A DNA stretch of 64,000 nucleotides, from positions 2,728,001-2,792,000 of the forward strand of contig NC_089436.1 in the NCBI RefSeq assembly GCF_026210795.1, written 5' to 3'. The notes beneath the pieces are model-generated. The model was given only the letters and a program-made list of their open reading frames with translations. It made no database searches and was not told the DNA's origin. Made by a program: the position numbers and the translations under genes. Shown one piece after another: positions 13,886 to 26,981 of the stretch (within the stretch, counting starts at the first letter, position 1; each line of letters opens with the position of its first letter). The stretch is from Rhizophagus irregularis. Its lineage: Eukaryota.

Positions 13886-15405
13886 CCCTATAAGAAATAT
13901 GTATACGGAAAGGATACGTTTTGTATACATTTTTTGTACGTTTCTATAGATTCCGTATACAAATTCCGTATATTTAATAAGCAATTCATTTTTGAACATT
14001 TTTTAAAAAAACTAATGTATAAGAAATGTATACGGAAAAAATTAATCATGCGGAATGTATACGGAATTTTTAAACTTAATATTTTTAGAAGATAATTTTA
14101 CAAAAATCTCGTATCATAACACGAGATCACATGATTGTTTATTGTTTTGTTATGATACGTTTTTTGTTTTTTATATAAACCCTTACTTTGATCTTCCGAT
14201 CTTCCTTTCTGTCTTTTCTTTCCTTTCTCTTTCTCTTGTCTTATTTTTGTTGTTTTTTCTAAATTTTTCTTCTTTCTTCGTCACCCCCTTTTAAAAATAA
14301 TTTTTTTTTTTCGTACCTCACTTTAAAAAAATTTTTTTTTCGTCACTCTCCTTTGAAAAAAATTTTTTTTTCGTCACTCCCTTAAAAAAAAATTTTTTCT
14401 TTTATTCCCACTCTTCTTTTTTTTTAAAAAATTTCTTCTTTCTATTTCTATTTCCTCTTTATAAAAAATTTTTTATTTTTCTAACTTTGACGTCCTCCCT
14501 TTAAAAAAAAAATTTTTTTTTAACTTTCCTAACTTCGTTACCCCTCTTTTTAAAAAAATGTTTTTTTTGGTTTATTCTTTATTCCCCTTTCTTTTTTATT
14601 TATATTTAATTTCATAGGCCAGCAGATTTTTTTTTGTGAGAATATTCAGTTTCTTTTTTCTTTTTTGTAGATCAGTTTGGGAGTCCTTTTTTTTTTGTAG
14701 GATGATTCAGGATTTTTTTCTTTTTTTAGGTCAGTTCAAATTTTCTTGTTTTTTTTGTAAGTTGGGTTCAGATTCTTTTCTTTTTGTAGGTTGTTTCAGT
14801 TTTGTTGCTTCAGAGTCTTCTTTTTTTGTAAGTCAGTTTTGGATTTATTTTGTTGTTTTGGTTTCTTTTCATTAGACGCCTCATAATTCTTTTCTTTTAT
14901 GTAGGTCAGACATTCTGGAGTTCTCTTTCTTTTTTTGTAGGAATGCTGACCTTTGGTGACTTGGACGATTGCAGATACTATATGGGGGTTTGTTTCCAAT
15001 TTTTTTTTTTTGTTCTTTTAGGTTGTTTGACTCCAAATGAACCTGAACTTATAGATAATTTTGGTTGCAATAGGTGGTTTTAATAAGGAGGGAATTTTCA
15101 TAATGTATTTGTACTTTGTTTATTTATTTAATTTAATAAAGTAAAATTAGATTTATGTAAATACAATTATAGTAAACTGTAATACAAATAGTAAATTCAG
15201 TGACCAAATCGTATAAATTTCGTGATAAAATCAGTGATCAAATCATGTAAATTCCATATAAATCCCGTGCAAATTCCGTATCCAAACCATATTTTTAGTG
15301 ATACGGAATTGTGCATTTTTCCGTATCCTATTATGATACGTTATTTCTAAGGAAAAAAAATCGTATAAAAACTTTATAAAAAACGTATCCAATTTTTTTA
15401 TAGGG
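13886..15405. mobile_element. Non-autonomous TIR element with CCCT...AGGG termini (possibly CMC/EnSpm-like)
   Basis: Imperfect ~22-bp TIR (CCCTATAAGAAATATGTATACG vs CGTATCCAATTTTTTTATAGGG), 3-bp TSD agg/agg, subterminal ATACGG/CCGTAT motifs, T-rich interior. Confidence 0.7.
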
Positions 15406-15419
15406 AGGTAGCAAGAATA

Positions 15420-16500
15420 TCTTAACGAGGAAGAAAAAAGGAGACGAGAGGACGAAAAAGAAAATCAAACCATACGAGAGTCTTAATAATATAATTATTA
15501 AAAATAATTATGTTTTAAATACAGTTTATGAGAATAAAGGAAATACAATAGTTGATGATATGGTAGTTGAGAAATTGTGGTTTGGGTTGAATTATTATGT
15601 ACAAATTCGAATTTGTAGTATAAGTTGGGAAAATCTAATTAATTTTCGTGAAAATTTTAATGTTCAGATTTTAGAATTGTAGGTGTAACAAGAATCGAGG
15701 AGTGATTTGAATATACAGTCGTTTTTTTTATAATGAGATTAAATTCGTGACTAATAAGGTGGAGAAATTTAAATCAACAAATTATATGAAAAATATTAAG
15801 GGAGCTATAGTGGGATTAATTTTTTGTCTGATTATTATTCCAGATAATAATAGCGTCAATATAGTTATTAATCATAAGTATATTGCTGTTATTAGACATT
15901 TTTTTGAAGAAAGTAGCTCGAGAAGAAATTAGATTATAAAAATCATACGCTGTTAAAATTTTTGAAGCAGCTGATAAAGGAGAAAAAATCAGCAACTACG
16001 TTCTTGACGGATGAGGGCGAAGATTTTGGTGTCAAAATGGAAGCAATGAGAAAATAATTGTTTGATGATAAATTGTGTCTTAATGGTATAGGTATAATCT
16101 GGAATAGTTTGCTAGTTGACGAATTTAATTTGAAATGAAATAATATTAATAATAGATGGGTATTATAGAAATTGGGCGAAGAATTTATGTAATGAACAAT
16201 GCGGAGTAGATTTATTTGTTACTAGTATGTTTTATAGTATTAATTGGAAGATATCGTTTAAATTAATAATAAACGAAATAGTAATGGATAAATTTATGAC
16301 TAGTGGTGATACGGGAATAAGAGAATTTAAATTAACAAATTTTATGCAAACTTTACATTTTATTCAAAAGAAAGGTATTTGGTATTGACTCAAAAACTTG
16401 TGGTAGATGTCATATGGATGATGGAACATGGGATCATATTTGGAAATGCTCGAAAATCAGCGTATCAGAGTCAGAAGTAAATAGTTAAAAGGAATTTAAA
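15420..16500 (+). pseudogene. Decayed non-LTR retrotransposon ORF2 remnant (RNase H-like segment and C-terminal zinc knuckle)
   Basis: GAIVGLIFCLIIIPDNNSVNIVIN resembles the LINE RNase H core; 16399-16449 encodes CGRCHMDDGTWDHIWKC. Many stops. Similar purine-rich sequence probably continues upstream to ~12500, interrupted by two MITEs. Confidence 0.55.
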
Positions 16501-16616
16501 GATAATTTATCTTTATTAAACATTTTTAATCGGGACAGTCTAAATTATTAAAGTAAAATAAAAAATATTATACTTTTAATAGAAATAATAGTAATAGTTG
16601 TATCAAAAGTAATTAA

Positions 16617-16970
16617 TTTTTACGGCCCTGCCACAAGGGACTTCCGAAGAAGCGCACTATGCTCCTCCCAAGAAAATTACGCATAGCACCATGCCGTACC
16701 ACAACCAACCGGTCCTATCGTAGGACTGCAGCAGAAACTGGTACCTACGAGCTTACTAAAAGTAAGCGCCTATGCTCCAACCCTCGCATAGTACTATACC
16801 GCTCCAAAAAAAATTCCCAACCAGCCCTACTGTGAGACTGCAGCAAAGCTGGTACTCACAGGCTTACAAAGTGAGCATGCTATGCTCCCACCCATGCATA
16901 GCATCATGCTGCTCCAACTTAAAGTACCCAATAAACTTACCTTTGGCCCTACTCACCCGCACATAGACCC
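16617..16970 (-). ncRNA. Candidate structured RNA / SINE-like retroposed insert with ~2.5 tandem units
   Basis: GC-rich island with ~110-bp units whose helices covary; flanked by TAATTAA direct repeats; minus strand starts GGG and ends in A5. See findings. Confidence 0.55.
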
Positions 16971-17559
16971 TAATTAAGAAAATATGAGTAAAAGTGGCAA
17001 ATAATAAATTTGAAAGAAAAACTTAAAAAAAGAAAGTTGTAAGCAATTCGTATTGCTATTCAAGCCTGGGACGAGGTTAATGTTGAAATGATTCATTCAT
17101 AACTGCTGGTTTCACGCGAAAATCTTCATGATGTAACTGTTGATTTGATAAATAATTCAGAGGATATTCGTTAATGAAAACATGATGCTTACATAAAAAT
17201 TCAGAAAATTCAGTATAAAAAAATCTGTTATAGATACTTTGCCTAATTAAATATTATACCAAATTTAATTTAATCAAGTTCAGTTTTAACGAGGTTATGA
17301 GGTTTTTTTTTCATAGTTTTATAAGGTATTCCGTCCGAGTTCTGATAATAATCAACAAGAATTTTTAAAAAATCCTAAAAAAAATATGCCAAATAGGAGA
17401 TTTTCTAATTATGAACATAAACAAAAAAGCTGAATATGTATGGAATTCACTGCGAAATCATATAAAATCAAGAGAAGATATATCGATAGCAAGAGAAATA
17501 GATAAAGAAGTTGAAAAGGAGTATTGATCTCGCGAATGCATTAATCTCGACCAAAAAAA

Positions 17560-17830
17560 AGAACTAGAAAGAAAGACCGAAAAAAAGAGAGAAGTCCTAA
17601 AAAGAAAGATTGAAAAAAAGAGAAAAGTCCTAAAAAGAAAGACCAAAAAAAAAGAGTGTGAAGTCCTAAAAAGAAAGACCGAAAAAAAAGAGTGTGAAGT
17701 TCTAAAAAGAAAGACCAAAAAATAGAGAAGAAAGACTGAAAAGTAAAGAAAGACCGAAAAGTAGAAAAGAAAGACCGAAAAGTAGAGAAGAAAGACCGAA
17801 AAATAGAGAAGACCGAAAAATAGAGAAGAG
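17560..17830. repeat. Degenerate purine-rich tandem repeat (AAAGACCGAAAA units)
   Basis: Repeated AGAAAGACCGAAAAA..AGAG units visible directly; probably TE-internal. Confidence 0.7.
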
Positions 17831-20697
17831 AGAAATAGTTTTGTAAAAATAAAAAAAAGGAAGTGAGTCTTTTTATATTTTTTTGTTATCTAATCAGAAT
17901 GACTCATGACTTATTTTGAATGACTCATGTACTTTAAGATCCGATTAAATAAATCAATATAAGCTCAGAAGCTCAGATAGTATATGTAACACATGATTAC
18001 TTTGCCCCGTCTTGATCACACTTATGAGCAGATATTGTTTATTGTTATTATTTTTATAGTACAATGTACGTAATACGAAATAAAATACGTTCATTTACTT
18101 TTTTTAAAAAAAGAAAGCTGATGTCATTTTTAAACAAATACACAAGTTTGGAAAAGTTATTAGTTAACTAGAACGCGTATTTCAACGTATTTCTTAATGA
18201 AAAAAATCGGCATTATTTTGTATGTTCTATTGCTACAAGGATTCCTTGTAATCAGTACACCCTATTAAAAACAGTGTCATGGTTTTTTATTATGTCTTCA
18301 ATATCTCACATTATGCAAGTTTATTCAGTATTAAGAGAATTAACAAGAGGCCTTACCAATTATAAATTATATCGGATATGGAAGCCAAAAAAAAACAAGC
18401 TAAGATTTTTAAAGTTTGTAACGAATATTTAGATGAATTACGTCCACGAATTTGGTTAGTTCCTTGTGAGGAGGTGATAGAATTTAAGGGTTAGATAGGA
18501 AAGATAAAGGGAGATTGCATAGTGTTAGTAATGCTTCAGATAATAATGGGGAAGGAATAGGAAGTTTAATAATACCAAAAAAAATTTTACTATCATTTTT
18601 TCAGCCGGTATAATAAAATCTCAGTAGGAATTATCACAAAAACAAGTCATATGGTTTTTCGGAAAAACGTTTCTCCAGATACTCCATCAGCGCTCATCTA
18701 AACATGGAGAATGAAATAAAATAATTACGTCTAATAGGATGTCTCCATTTTTATGAATTACTCTGTTCATTTCATTTCAATCTCTTTCATTGTATTCCAG
18801 TCGGTTTAGGCGCATTTTTCTTCTTTCCAATTCCATCCATATAAAAAATTTTATCCGTTATTTCTGTAAAAACTCCGTAAAAATAAGCCTTTCACGGATG
18901 ATATTCACGAAAAATGTAAATAATTCGATAAATTCCGTGATATAAGGTTATTAATTCCGGAAATATGAGCCTTTTATGGAAAAGAGATAGAATATAAAAA
19001 CGGATTGACTTTTTTTACAGGGCATGTATATGTACATTTTCCTTTGTACCGGTACCAATAGTCCTCTAATTCCCATTAGTTTACCTCTGCATTAACTTTT
19101 TCAAGAATTTTTTCATAAAATATATTAACACCATTAAAAATATATGCAAGGAGAATGGGTTGAAGTCGAGTTGCTATTTGAATTATTTCTAGAAGTTGTC
19201 TTTATTATTTTGTACTTTGAGAATGAGTTGTTAAGTAAGTTGAGTTTTTGCCAGCATTAAATTGGAATTATTGATTTTAATGCATTTTAAAGTACTTGTC
19301 AAGATTTGCAGAGTGGAGCTATAGGATCTCGGTTAATCGGTTATAATTAAGATACATATTTTCTTGTAGATAAAACTATTTATTAATAATATCCTGAAGT
19401 TTCTATTTATATTTGGCATTTAGTTTGGTAACAAAATTAATTTTTTTAGCTTTGTATATTAAAATTTCTTTTTTAAATATTTCATTAATATTTTATGAGA
19501 GTAAAAGGAAAAAAATTAACAATTATATAATTAAAAATTTATAATGATAACAATAAAATTTTAATATCGTGCCTTATTATTTTTAACAATTTTTATTCAT
19601 TGTGGTTACATATAATTGGTTGTATTACAACATGGGCTTGGATGGGTCTTGTGGGGCTGTGAAAATATCAGATAAGGAGCAAAACATCTGGAGGTATTAT
19701 GGGAAGTTTTTTTATAGTAACAAATATCTAACAAGTATTATTATTTTTAGAATAGTAATCAAACTACTCTAATGATTTAAAATTCGAACGAACATTTATT
19801 AACCATAAATATCGGTTTGGCTTATCAAAATCACATGTAACCGGCAGCAAATAAATCCGGCTAACATTTTTTGGTGGCGATGCTAAGGTTGTACATAAGA
19901 TAATTTATTTCCAGTCTGTGGCAGACCGAACCGTAACCAATTTTTTTTAATATTTTTTGTTTGGCTAAAACTGAAAAATTTTTTTCCAATATTTTTTATT
20001 TTTTTTCGACTTTCTTTTTCTAATACTGGAATTTTTTTTCACCATTTTTTTACTAATATAGTTTTTTTTTCGGGTTTTTTTTAACTAATTTTTTCAGTTT
20101 TTTTTTTAAAACTGATCTTTTTTTTTAAATTTTTCGTTTCAAAATTTTTTAGTTTTTCTTTTTCGACTTGGTCTTTTTTAAACTGATTTTTTTCCCTTTG
20201 ATAATATATTAAATTTTTTTATATAATTTTTTGAATGATTTTTAGACTTGAATCTAGATCAGAATGACGCTATATTATTACAGTAAGCACCTTTTTTTAT
20301 TAATAATTTTTTCTAATTATTATTTTGCTAATTTTTTTTCATTCTTTTCACCCTTTAAATTTGGATCAGTTGCTGCGATGTTATATTAAGTGTCTTTTAC
20401 TAATTTTTTTAATAATATTTTTTTCTAATTATTTTTTTATATTTTTTTTGTTCTTTTACCTTTTATGTTTGGATCAAAGTTAGTGCTATAATATAATAAA
20501 TATAAATATATAAATTTAGTTAAAATAAATATATTTTTTTACTTAGTAAAAAAGTCTTTAATTCCTACTATCTCGGATTGAATAAAAAAAAAATCTTCCT
20601 ACTTCGAAAAGTGAACGATTTATTTACTATTTATATTATAATATAATTTGACTATTTGCAGTACAATTTGTTATGTGATTTTATATAAATGTAAATA

Positions 20698-22774
20698 CAC
20701 AGGCAATCTCGATAAATCGGATCAGTTGGTTCTAGTAAAAATATCCGATATATCAAGACATCCGATATATCGAAAAAATCTCGCCAAACCGGATTTATAT
20801 AAAAATATATGAAAAATCCGAAATACCAAGAAATCACGTGATTTTTCGTTCAAAATTTTCAAAATTTTATTCAAAAATGAATATGATTTTATTATTATAA
20901 AAGAACTATCTGTCATACATTAAAATCAAAATATTCATTTAGTTTACTTTGCCTTTTTTCATTTATATTATCAAAAAAGATCCTTTTTTTCAATTTAATT
21001 AAATTTTTCATTTCTAAATTACCAATTTCTAAATCTTTTTGTTGAATATATTTAATTACATTTTCAATGCTATTTAACGCAACTATTGTAGAGATTCCAT
21101 CTTGCTCCTCTTCCTCTTCAATTTCCCTTTCATTTGTTCCCTTTACAACGTCAACAATTTCTTGTAATGATAATTCCTGTTCAGCAGATGCTCTATTATC
21201 AATATTAATATAGTCATTCACAGCTAAAGGATCTACGAATCCTAACTCATCAATTAATGATTGTAATTCATGTCCAATATTATCTTCTTCATAATCGGAA
21301 TTGTCTGAACATTCAGAATCTTCCATATTATTATTGGGAAGGATCCAGCTTTAGCCCAACTGTTAAGAATTGTTTTTTGAGATACTTTTTTCCAGGCATC
21401 AGCAATTAAATTGATTGAATCAAAAATATCAATTGGGGTGGAATGGGGTCTCCCTCTTCATAAAAATCATAAGCTTGAATACGATTTTGACATAGCAATT
21501 TGCGATATTGTGCTTTTAAACTATAAATAATGCCTTGATCTAATGGTTGAAGAAATGATGTTGTATTTGGTGGTAAAAAATGAACCTTAACATTTGAAAG
21601 ACTATTGATGTTCTCAGATTCATGACATCTAGCATTATCTATTAGTAAAATAATATGCCGATTTTCTCTAAGCATTTTGGAATTTAATCTTTCAAGATAA
21701 TGTTTGAAAATACTTCTTTGCATCTAAGCTTTAGAGTTCCAATAATACCAAACAGGGAGAGATCTTTTTTCAATTCCCTTTAATGCACGTAGTGTTTCAT
21801 ATTTATGAATAAAAACTAAAGGCAATCTTTCATCACCAGAAGCATTACAAGTTGCCAAAATACTAACATGTTCTTTAGGACGTTTTTTACCAAGTACAGG
21901 ATCGTGTGCTATTGTTTTGGATGGTTCTAAACGCCAAAAAAAGAGCAGTTTCATCACAGTTCCAGATATCTTTCAGTTCATATGCTTGAAGAATTTCTCG
22001 TAATTCAGCTCTCATTTGTGGAAGTTCATCAATAGGAGCACTGCCAGCTTCTCCTTTTTTTTTATATGTATGCAAATGCAAATTATTTCTCTGTTTAAAG
22101 TTGCTTAATCATCCTGCAGAAACTGAAAAGTTGGTGATATCAAGTAAGTTAGCACACTCTACTGCTTTTTGTTGGATAATAGGCCCATTTATAGTTAAAT
22201 TTCTTGAAATTTGTTGATCAACCCAATGCTCATTACTTCTTCTAGTTGTGGATAAACACTAGATTTTTCACGAAAATTATTTGCATTTGGTAAAGTGGTA
22301 TCAATGGAAAGCCGATGTTCTGATCTTTTTAAAATATCAGAAACTGTGCTAGTGGAAATTCCATATTGTGCTGCTAATTGAACACCACTAAGTTTTTGAT
22401 CTCTTCATTTTTCGCAGAGTTCTTTCTTTTGAGCTAATGTTAAAGATTTCTTCTTTTTATTATTCGTATCTTTGTTTTCTCTCATGCTAAAGTATAGTTT
22501 GAAAAAAAAAACAGTGAGAAAAATTGTTTGCCTAATTAATAAATGATTGACATAATTATTTCGGACTCCGAAAAAATTAATACGTCATATCAAGATTTTT
22601 TAACTATAGTTGATCTAGAATAAAATCCGATTTACGAAATATTGAGATTTTACTAATATTAAAAGTCCGATATATCAAGACTGTTTTAATATAGATGATT
22701 TGGTTCCAGAAGAAAAATCCGAAATAGTGCCAAATCCGGTTTATCGAGGATCCGATTTATCGAGATTGCCTGTG
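20698..22774 (-). mobile_element. pogo/Tigger-type Tc1/mariner transposon, full length, inactivated transposase
   Basis: Perfect 26-bp TIR CACAGGCAATCTCGATAAATCGGATC with TA flanks on both sides. Confidence 0.9.
20913..22485 (-). pseudogene. pogo/CENP-B-like DD32D transposase pseudogene (no intron at the site used in 39006-40712)
   Basis: Fragments WNCDETALF, LLIDNARCH, LPPNTTSFLQPLDQGII are split across frames by frameshifts and stops. Confidence 0.9.
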
Positions 22775-23589
22775 TATTCGTTCGCCTATAATTAAACAAA
22801 ATTAGAAATAATTAACATTTACAATAAAATTGTTTATATGTTTATTACCAGTATTAAACTGTATTAACCTAATTAAAAAATAATTTTATTATTAATTTTT
22901 TTTTAAATAAATCACCCAATATTATTAAACATGTTTTTTTGTATCATGATTTGATTAGTTAGATTGACATTATTTTTTCTATAACTTTTTTAAATTTCCA
23001 TTTAGATTATGTGTTAACTATAATTGCTATATTTGCAAATCTTATTATTTTTTTTCATTAATACAATGAAAATACCTCGATCTCCTAAATCTATATATTT
23101 GAAACTTTAATAAAGGAAGTCCATCAACCTAATCTAGTTGATAATTAACTTTAACAAAGAGCCTAATGTAGAGCCGAATCATCCATTTTTTTAATGTGTC
23201 ACATGTCAGAAACTATTCATATTTATTACTTTCTTCGTTATTTTCATTATTATAGACATTTTAAAATTTGATGCAACTTTAAAATATAAGAAAATAGACA
23301 AGGTAATCCTATGATTCCGAATATATTACGATATCCAAATTTGGAAAGAAATTTTTTATTTGGATAAAAAAGAAAGAATTTTAAAAATATTTTGTTACTT
23401 TATATTTTCAAGAATCAGTATACAGGAGGCACGTGAAATATAAATGAATAAAAAAAAAGTAGTTAAAATAGAAAAATAATTGCCACTTTTGTTTATAATA
23501 TAAAAAATAAAAAGTTATAGCGTATACAAGTCATTAGACTTATTTTTTTTTATTATTAATAATTTTTAACAAAATAAATATTGGTTCTA

Positions 23590-23975
23590 TCTATATTATA
23601 CTCTATATATTCTATTATTGATTATGGTATGTATATGTATTTACAAACGCATATGCATATGATTCTAAGATTTTAAAAATGATAAATTAAATATTAATAG
23701 TTTTTTAGTCCTTAAAAATTATGTTATCCGCAAAACTATAAAAGTTTATCATAGCGTTTATAACCTTCAAAATGCTGTCTCTAAATAAATAATGTTGAAT
23801 TGTGCAATGTATAGTTGTCTGCGCCTGATCTATTGCGATGAACAAACAATTTGATCGGCACATTCCGTCCATGATGATTACTAATGTGTAAAAAAATTTA
23901 ACTGCCGTTACTAAACACTTATATTAGTTTAAACCAACTCACTAACTCCGGTGCAAAGCAACGAGCCGCCACTAG
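23590..23975 (+). mobile_element. Non-autonomous Helitron related to 10904-11336
   Basis: A|TCTATAT start, 3' hairpin CTCCGGTGC-AAA-GCAACGAG, CTAG|T end; shares GCGCCTGATCTAT...TTGATCGGCA with the first copy. Confidence 0.65.
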
Positions 23976-24488
23976 TAAATCTATAAAATGAGAATGTTTT
24001 CTTAAAAATAGCTCTTAGATCCTAGTACTTAAATTTAGAGTACATTTTTTCATAAATAAATCAAATCAGATTATTAATGATATTCAAAAAATTTTTCAGC
24101 GAAATTTTTTTGCGATTTACCAAATACTGAAATATAAGTTTTAAGGAGTTCAACTAATATCGAAAAGTAGTAAAGATATTTCAACTTATATGATTTATAA
24201 TGTGGAAGACGATTTAGTTTAATTCGTTTGGTGTCGCTACAATATTGGCTCTGATATATACTGTAATTCATGATAACTGTAGAATTTGGGCAAAGTACAC
24301 GTCTAAATGGACGTCAATCAAAAATAACTCCAATTTTTTTCGTTTTAAATATATAGATCGGCACTGACGTCAACATTATGTAATGACCAAAAAAGGAAAA
24401 GACCTTTCATATATAGTTTGGAGTCCTATTGTACAACATTTTAATTTTAACTTTCTTTTTATTTTTAAGAAAAAAAAAGACGAAAAAT

Positions 24489-26004
24489 ATGTCTAATCAA
24501 TTTTTTTCGAAATTAAGTCAAAATTACATTGAATTATTAGAAGACGATGAATATTATGATATTACGATTGAAGTTGGTGAGGACCCTAATGTAAAAATCT
24601 TCCGTGCTCATATGAGTATTCTATGTTGCCGTTCTCCGTATTTACGAAGAACTTTGACTTCTAATAAAAAGTATAAAGATAATACTTTAGTTCACATCAA
24701 GTTACCAAATATATCACCGGAAATCTTTCAAATTATTTTAAAGTAGGTTTGCATACAAATAATACATTATAATACCAGCAAATTTTATTCATATTTAAAT
24801 TCAAACTTAACATTTTTAATTTAGATATATTTATGGTGGTATTTTCCCATTGAATGGGCGAGATGATTCAGAAATTATTAAGGTTATGTTGGCTGCGGAT
24901 GAATTTCTTCTTCAGGAACTTGTTGATTATATACAAAATTATTTAATTGAAAATAAATCCGAATGGATGGAACAGAATTTTGAACTTATTCATCGAACAA
25001 GTTTTCAATCAGATTCTTTATTACAACTTCAACAATTTTGTACAGATTTTATGGTGAAATCTCCAGAGAAAATATTCAAATCATTTGATTTCACTTCACT
25101 TCCTGAGAAATCTTTAGTTCAACTTATTAAAAGGGACGATTTACAAATGAAGGAGATTGAGGTTTGGGAACATGTATTAAAATGGGGTCTCGCACAAAAT
25201 CCTACACTCCTTCCAGATCCTAATACTTGGTCAGATGATGATTTCAAAACAATGGCGAATACATTACAACATTGTTTATCTTTAATTAGATTCTTTAGTT
25301 TATCATCTAAAGAATTTTTACAAAATGTTCGTCCTTATAAAAACCTTTTAAAACGTAAACTTTACGAAACTTTGTTAAATTTTCATTTGGATCCTGACTT
25401 TAATTCAACTGACAATATTTTACTTCCTAGAAATCCTAAAATTGATGGAATTATTGATTCAAAAATTGTAAATAATTTAGATATTATTTCAACAATTTCA
25501 AGATCTATTGTTGATGTTAATAGCAAAATTTCACATGTCAGAAAATTTCATTTACCGTACAATTTTCAATTATTATTAAGAGGAAGCCGAGATGGCTTTA
25601 CTCCTGAAAAATTTCACGAATTATGTGATAATATATCTCATACCGTTACATTTATTAAAGTAAAAGGAACAGATGAAATTCTTGGAGGATATAGTCCGTT
25701 AATATGGAGAAGTTCTTTTAGTGGTTGGGGTAGAACTAAAGATAGTTTTATTTTTTCTTTCAAAAATAATGATATCAAAGATGCAATTATTAGTAATATA
25801 AAAGATACAGATTGTGCAATATATTATGATAGTAATAGTGGTCCGCGTTTTGGTGATGATATTATCATGCATGCTTCTTGTGGGTATGGCACAGATTACA
25901 ATGATATTCGTTGTAAAAAGGCGCGTTATGAAAAAAAGATAAAAGATACCGTGCATAATTTTTCCATTGATGATTATGAAGTATTTCAAATAGTAAAGAG
26001 ATAA
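24489..26004 (+). CDS. BTB/POZ-BACK-TLDc domain protein (2 exons)
   Basis: Exons 24489-24742 and 24825-26004 (GT-AG intron, phase 2). YDITIEVG..FRAHMSILCCRSPY (BTB), DDLQMKEIEVWEHVLKWG (BACK), LLLRGSRDGF..FHELCD..GGY..GPRFG..DYEVFQ (TLDc). Confidence 0.92.
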
Positions 26005-26981
26005 ATGCAGTATTATCAAATAAGTTGTATAGATCTTATTTGAAATGATACTTTTATTATTTAATATGTTTCACTTAATAAAAATTATATTTGCGAAATC
26101 TTTTAACTCGACTTTAAATTAACATTTCATTTATAAATTAACGTTTCATTTGTAAATTAGATTATTATTATACCTAATAAATTATTTCTAAAATTCCATT
26201 TAGGAAAAAAAAAATATAATGCTGCATTATAGTGTTACTTATTAAAAGTATTATAATATTTTTTTTCTATATTTCTTTTTATAAACAGAATACTTCGCTA
26301 AATTTAAGAAAATACATATATACATTCATTTTTTGTTAGTAACACGTACAGTATTTCTTTATTAGTAATAATAAATAAGATTAAAACAAAGATTAAAACA
26401 AACCTTTAAAGTTTGATAACATCGTAAATTCGTTAATGAATCATGATATCGTAATTGTTTCAATTTAGGGCAACACGTCGGGTATGTGTGACAGAAATTT
26501 TCTCACATATACGAAAAATTAATAGAATGAATCCTCAATACTAACAAAAACCGGTATTAACCGAAGATATTTACTACTATTACTTTGAAATTACTTTGGG
26601 AATTTATTAATTGAAGGGCGCAGTATTATATTTAGTTTAAGTGTATAAAATTTTAAAGTAATATACCGTAATTGTGAAATGTTACATTGTTAAAAGTGTG
26701 ACATCCGTAATGATGTAAAACTATTCTTGTGTTCATATTTATTTTTAGATTTAGGAAAGGGAATTAAGATTGAGGAATTACTAAACTAAGAAAAGAGACT
26801 GAAGATCGAAAAAGAGAAGGTTGATATGTACGAAAATGAGTAAAATTTGAAAAAGTCAAAATTTATTTGATTTTGTCGAAATAAAAAAAAAAAGGAAAAT
26901 TCAAAACACAGAATTATTTTTACAAAAATCGTTTTAGTATAAAAAGAGAAAATATTTGATTAATGAAAAGGGATTTTGGAG

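Noticed and set aside
16700..16915. Assignment to a known ribozyme or to the SRP Alu domain (minus-strand GCCTGTGAGTACCAGCT resembles Alu)
   Set aside because: No CTGATGA/GAAA core; too little room for HDV P3-L3 and no P4/J4/2; AGTC lacks an opposing AGAA loop; the Alu-like bases are paired and covary in the sister unit.
18260..19022. Possible fourth CCC...GGG element
   Set aside because: Ends match poorly and flanks (aca/cat) are not a duplication; the right end may be an orphan.
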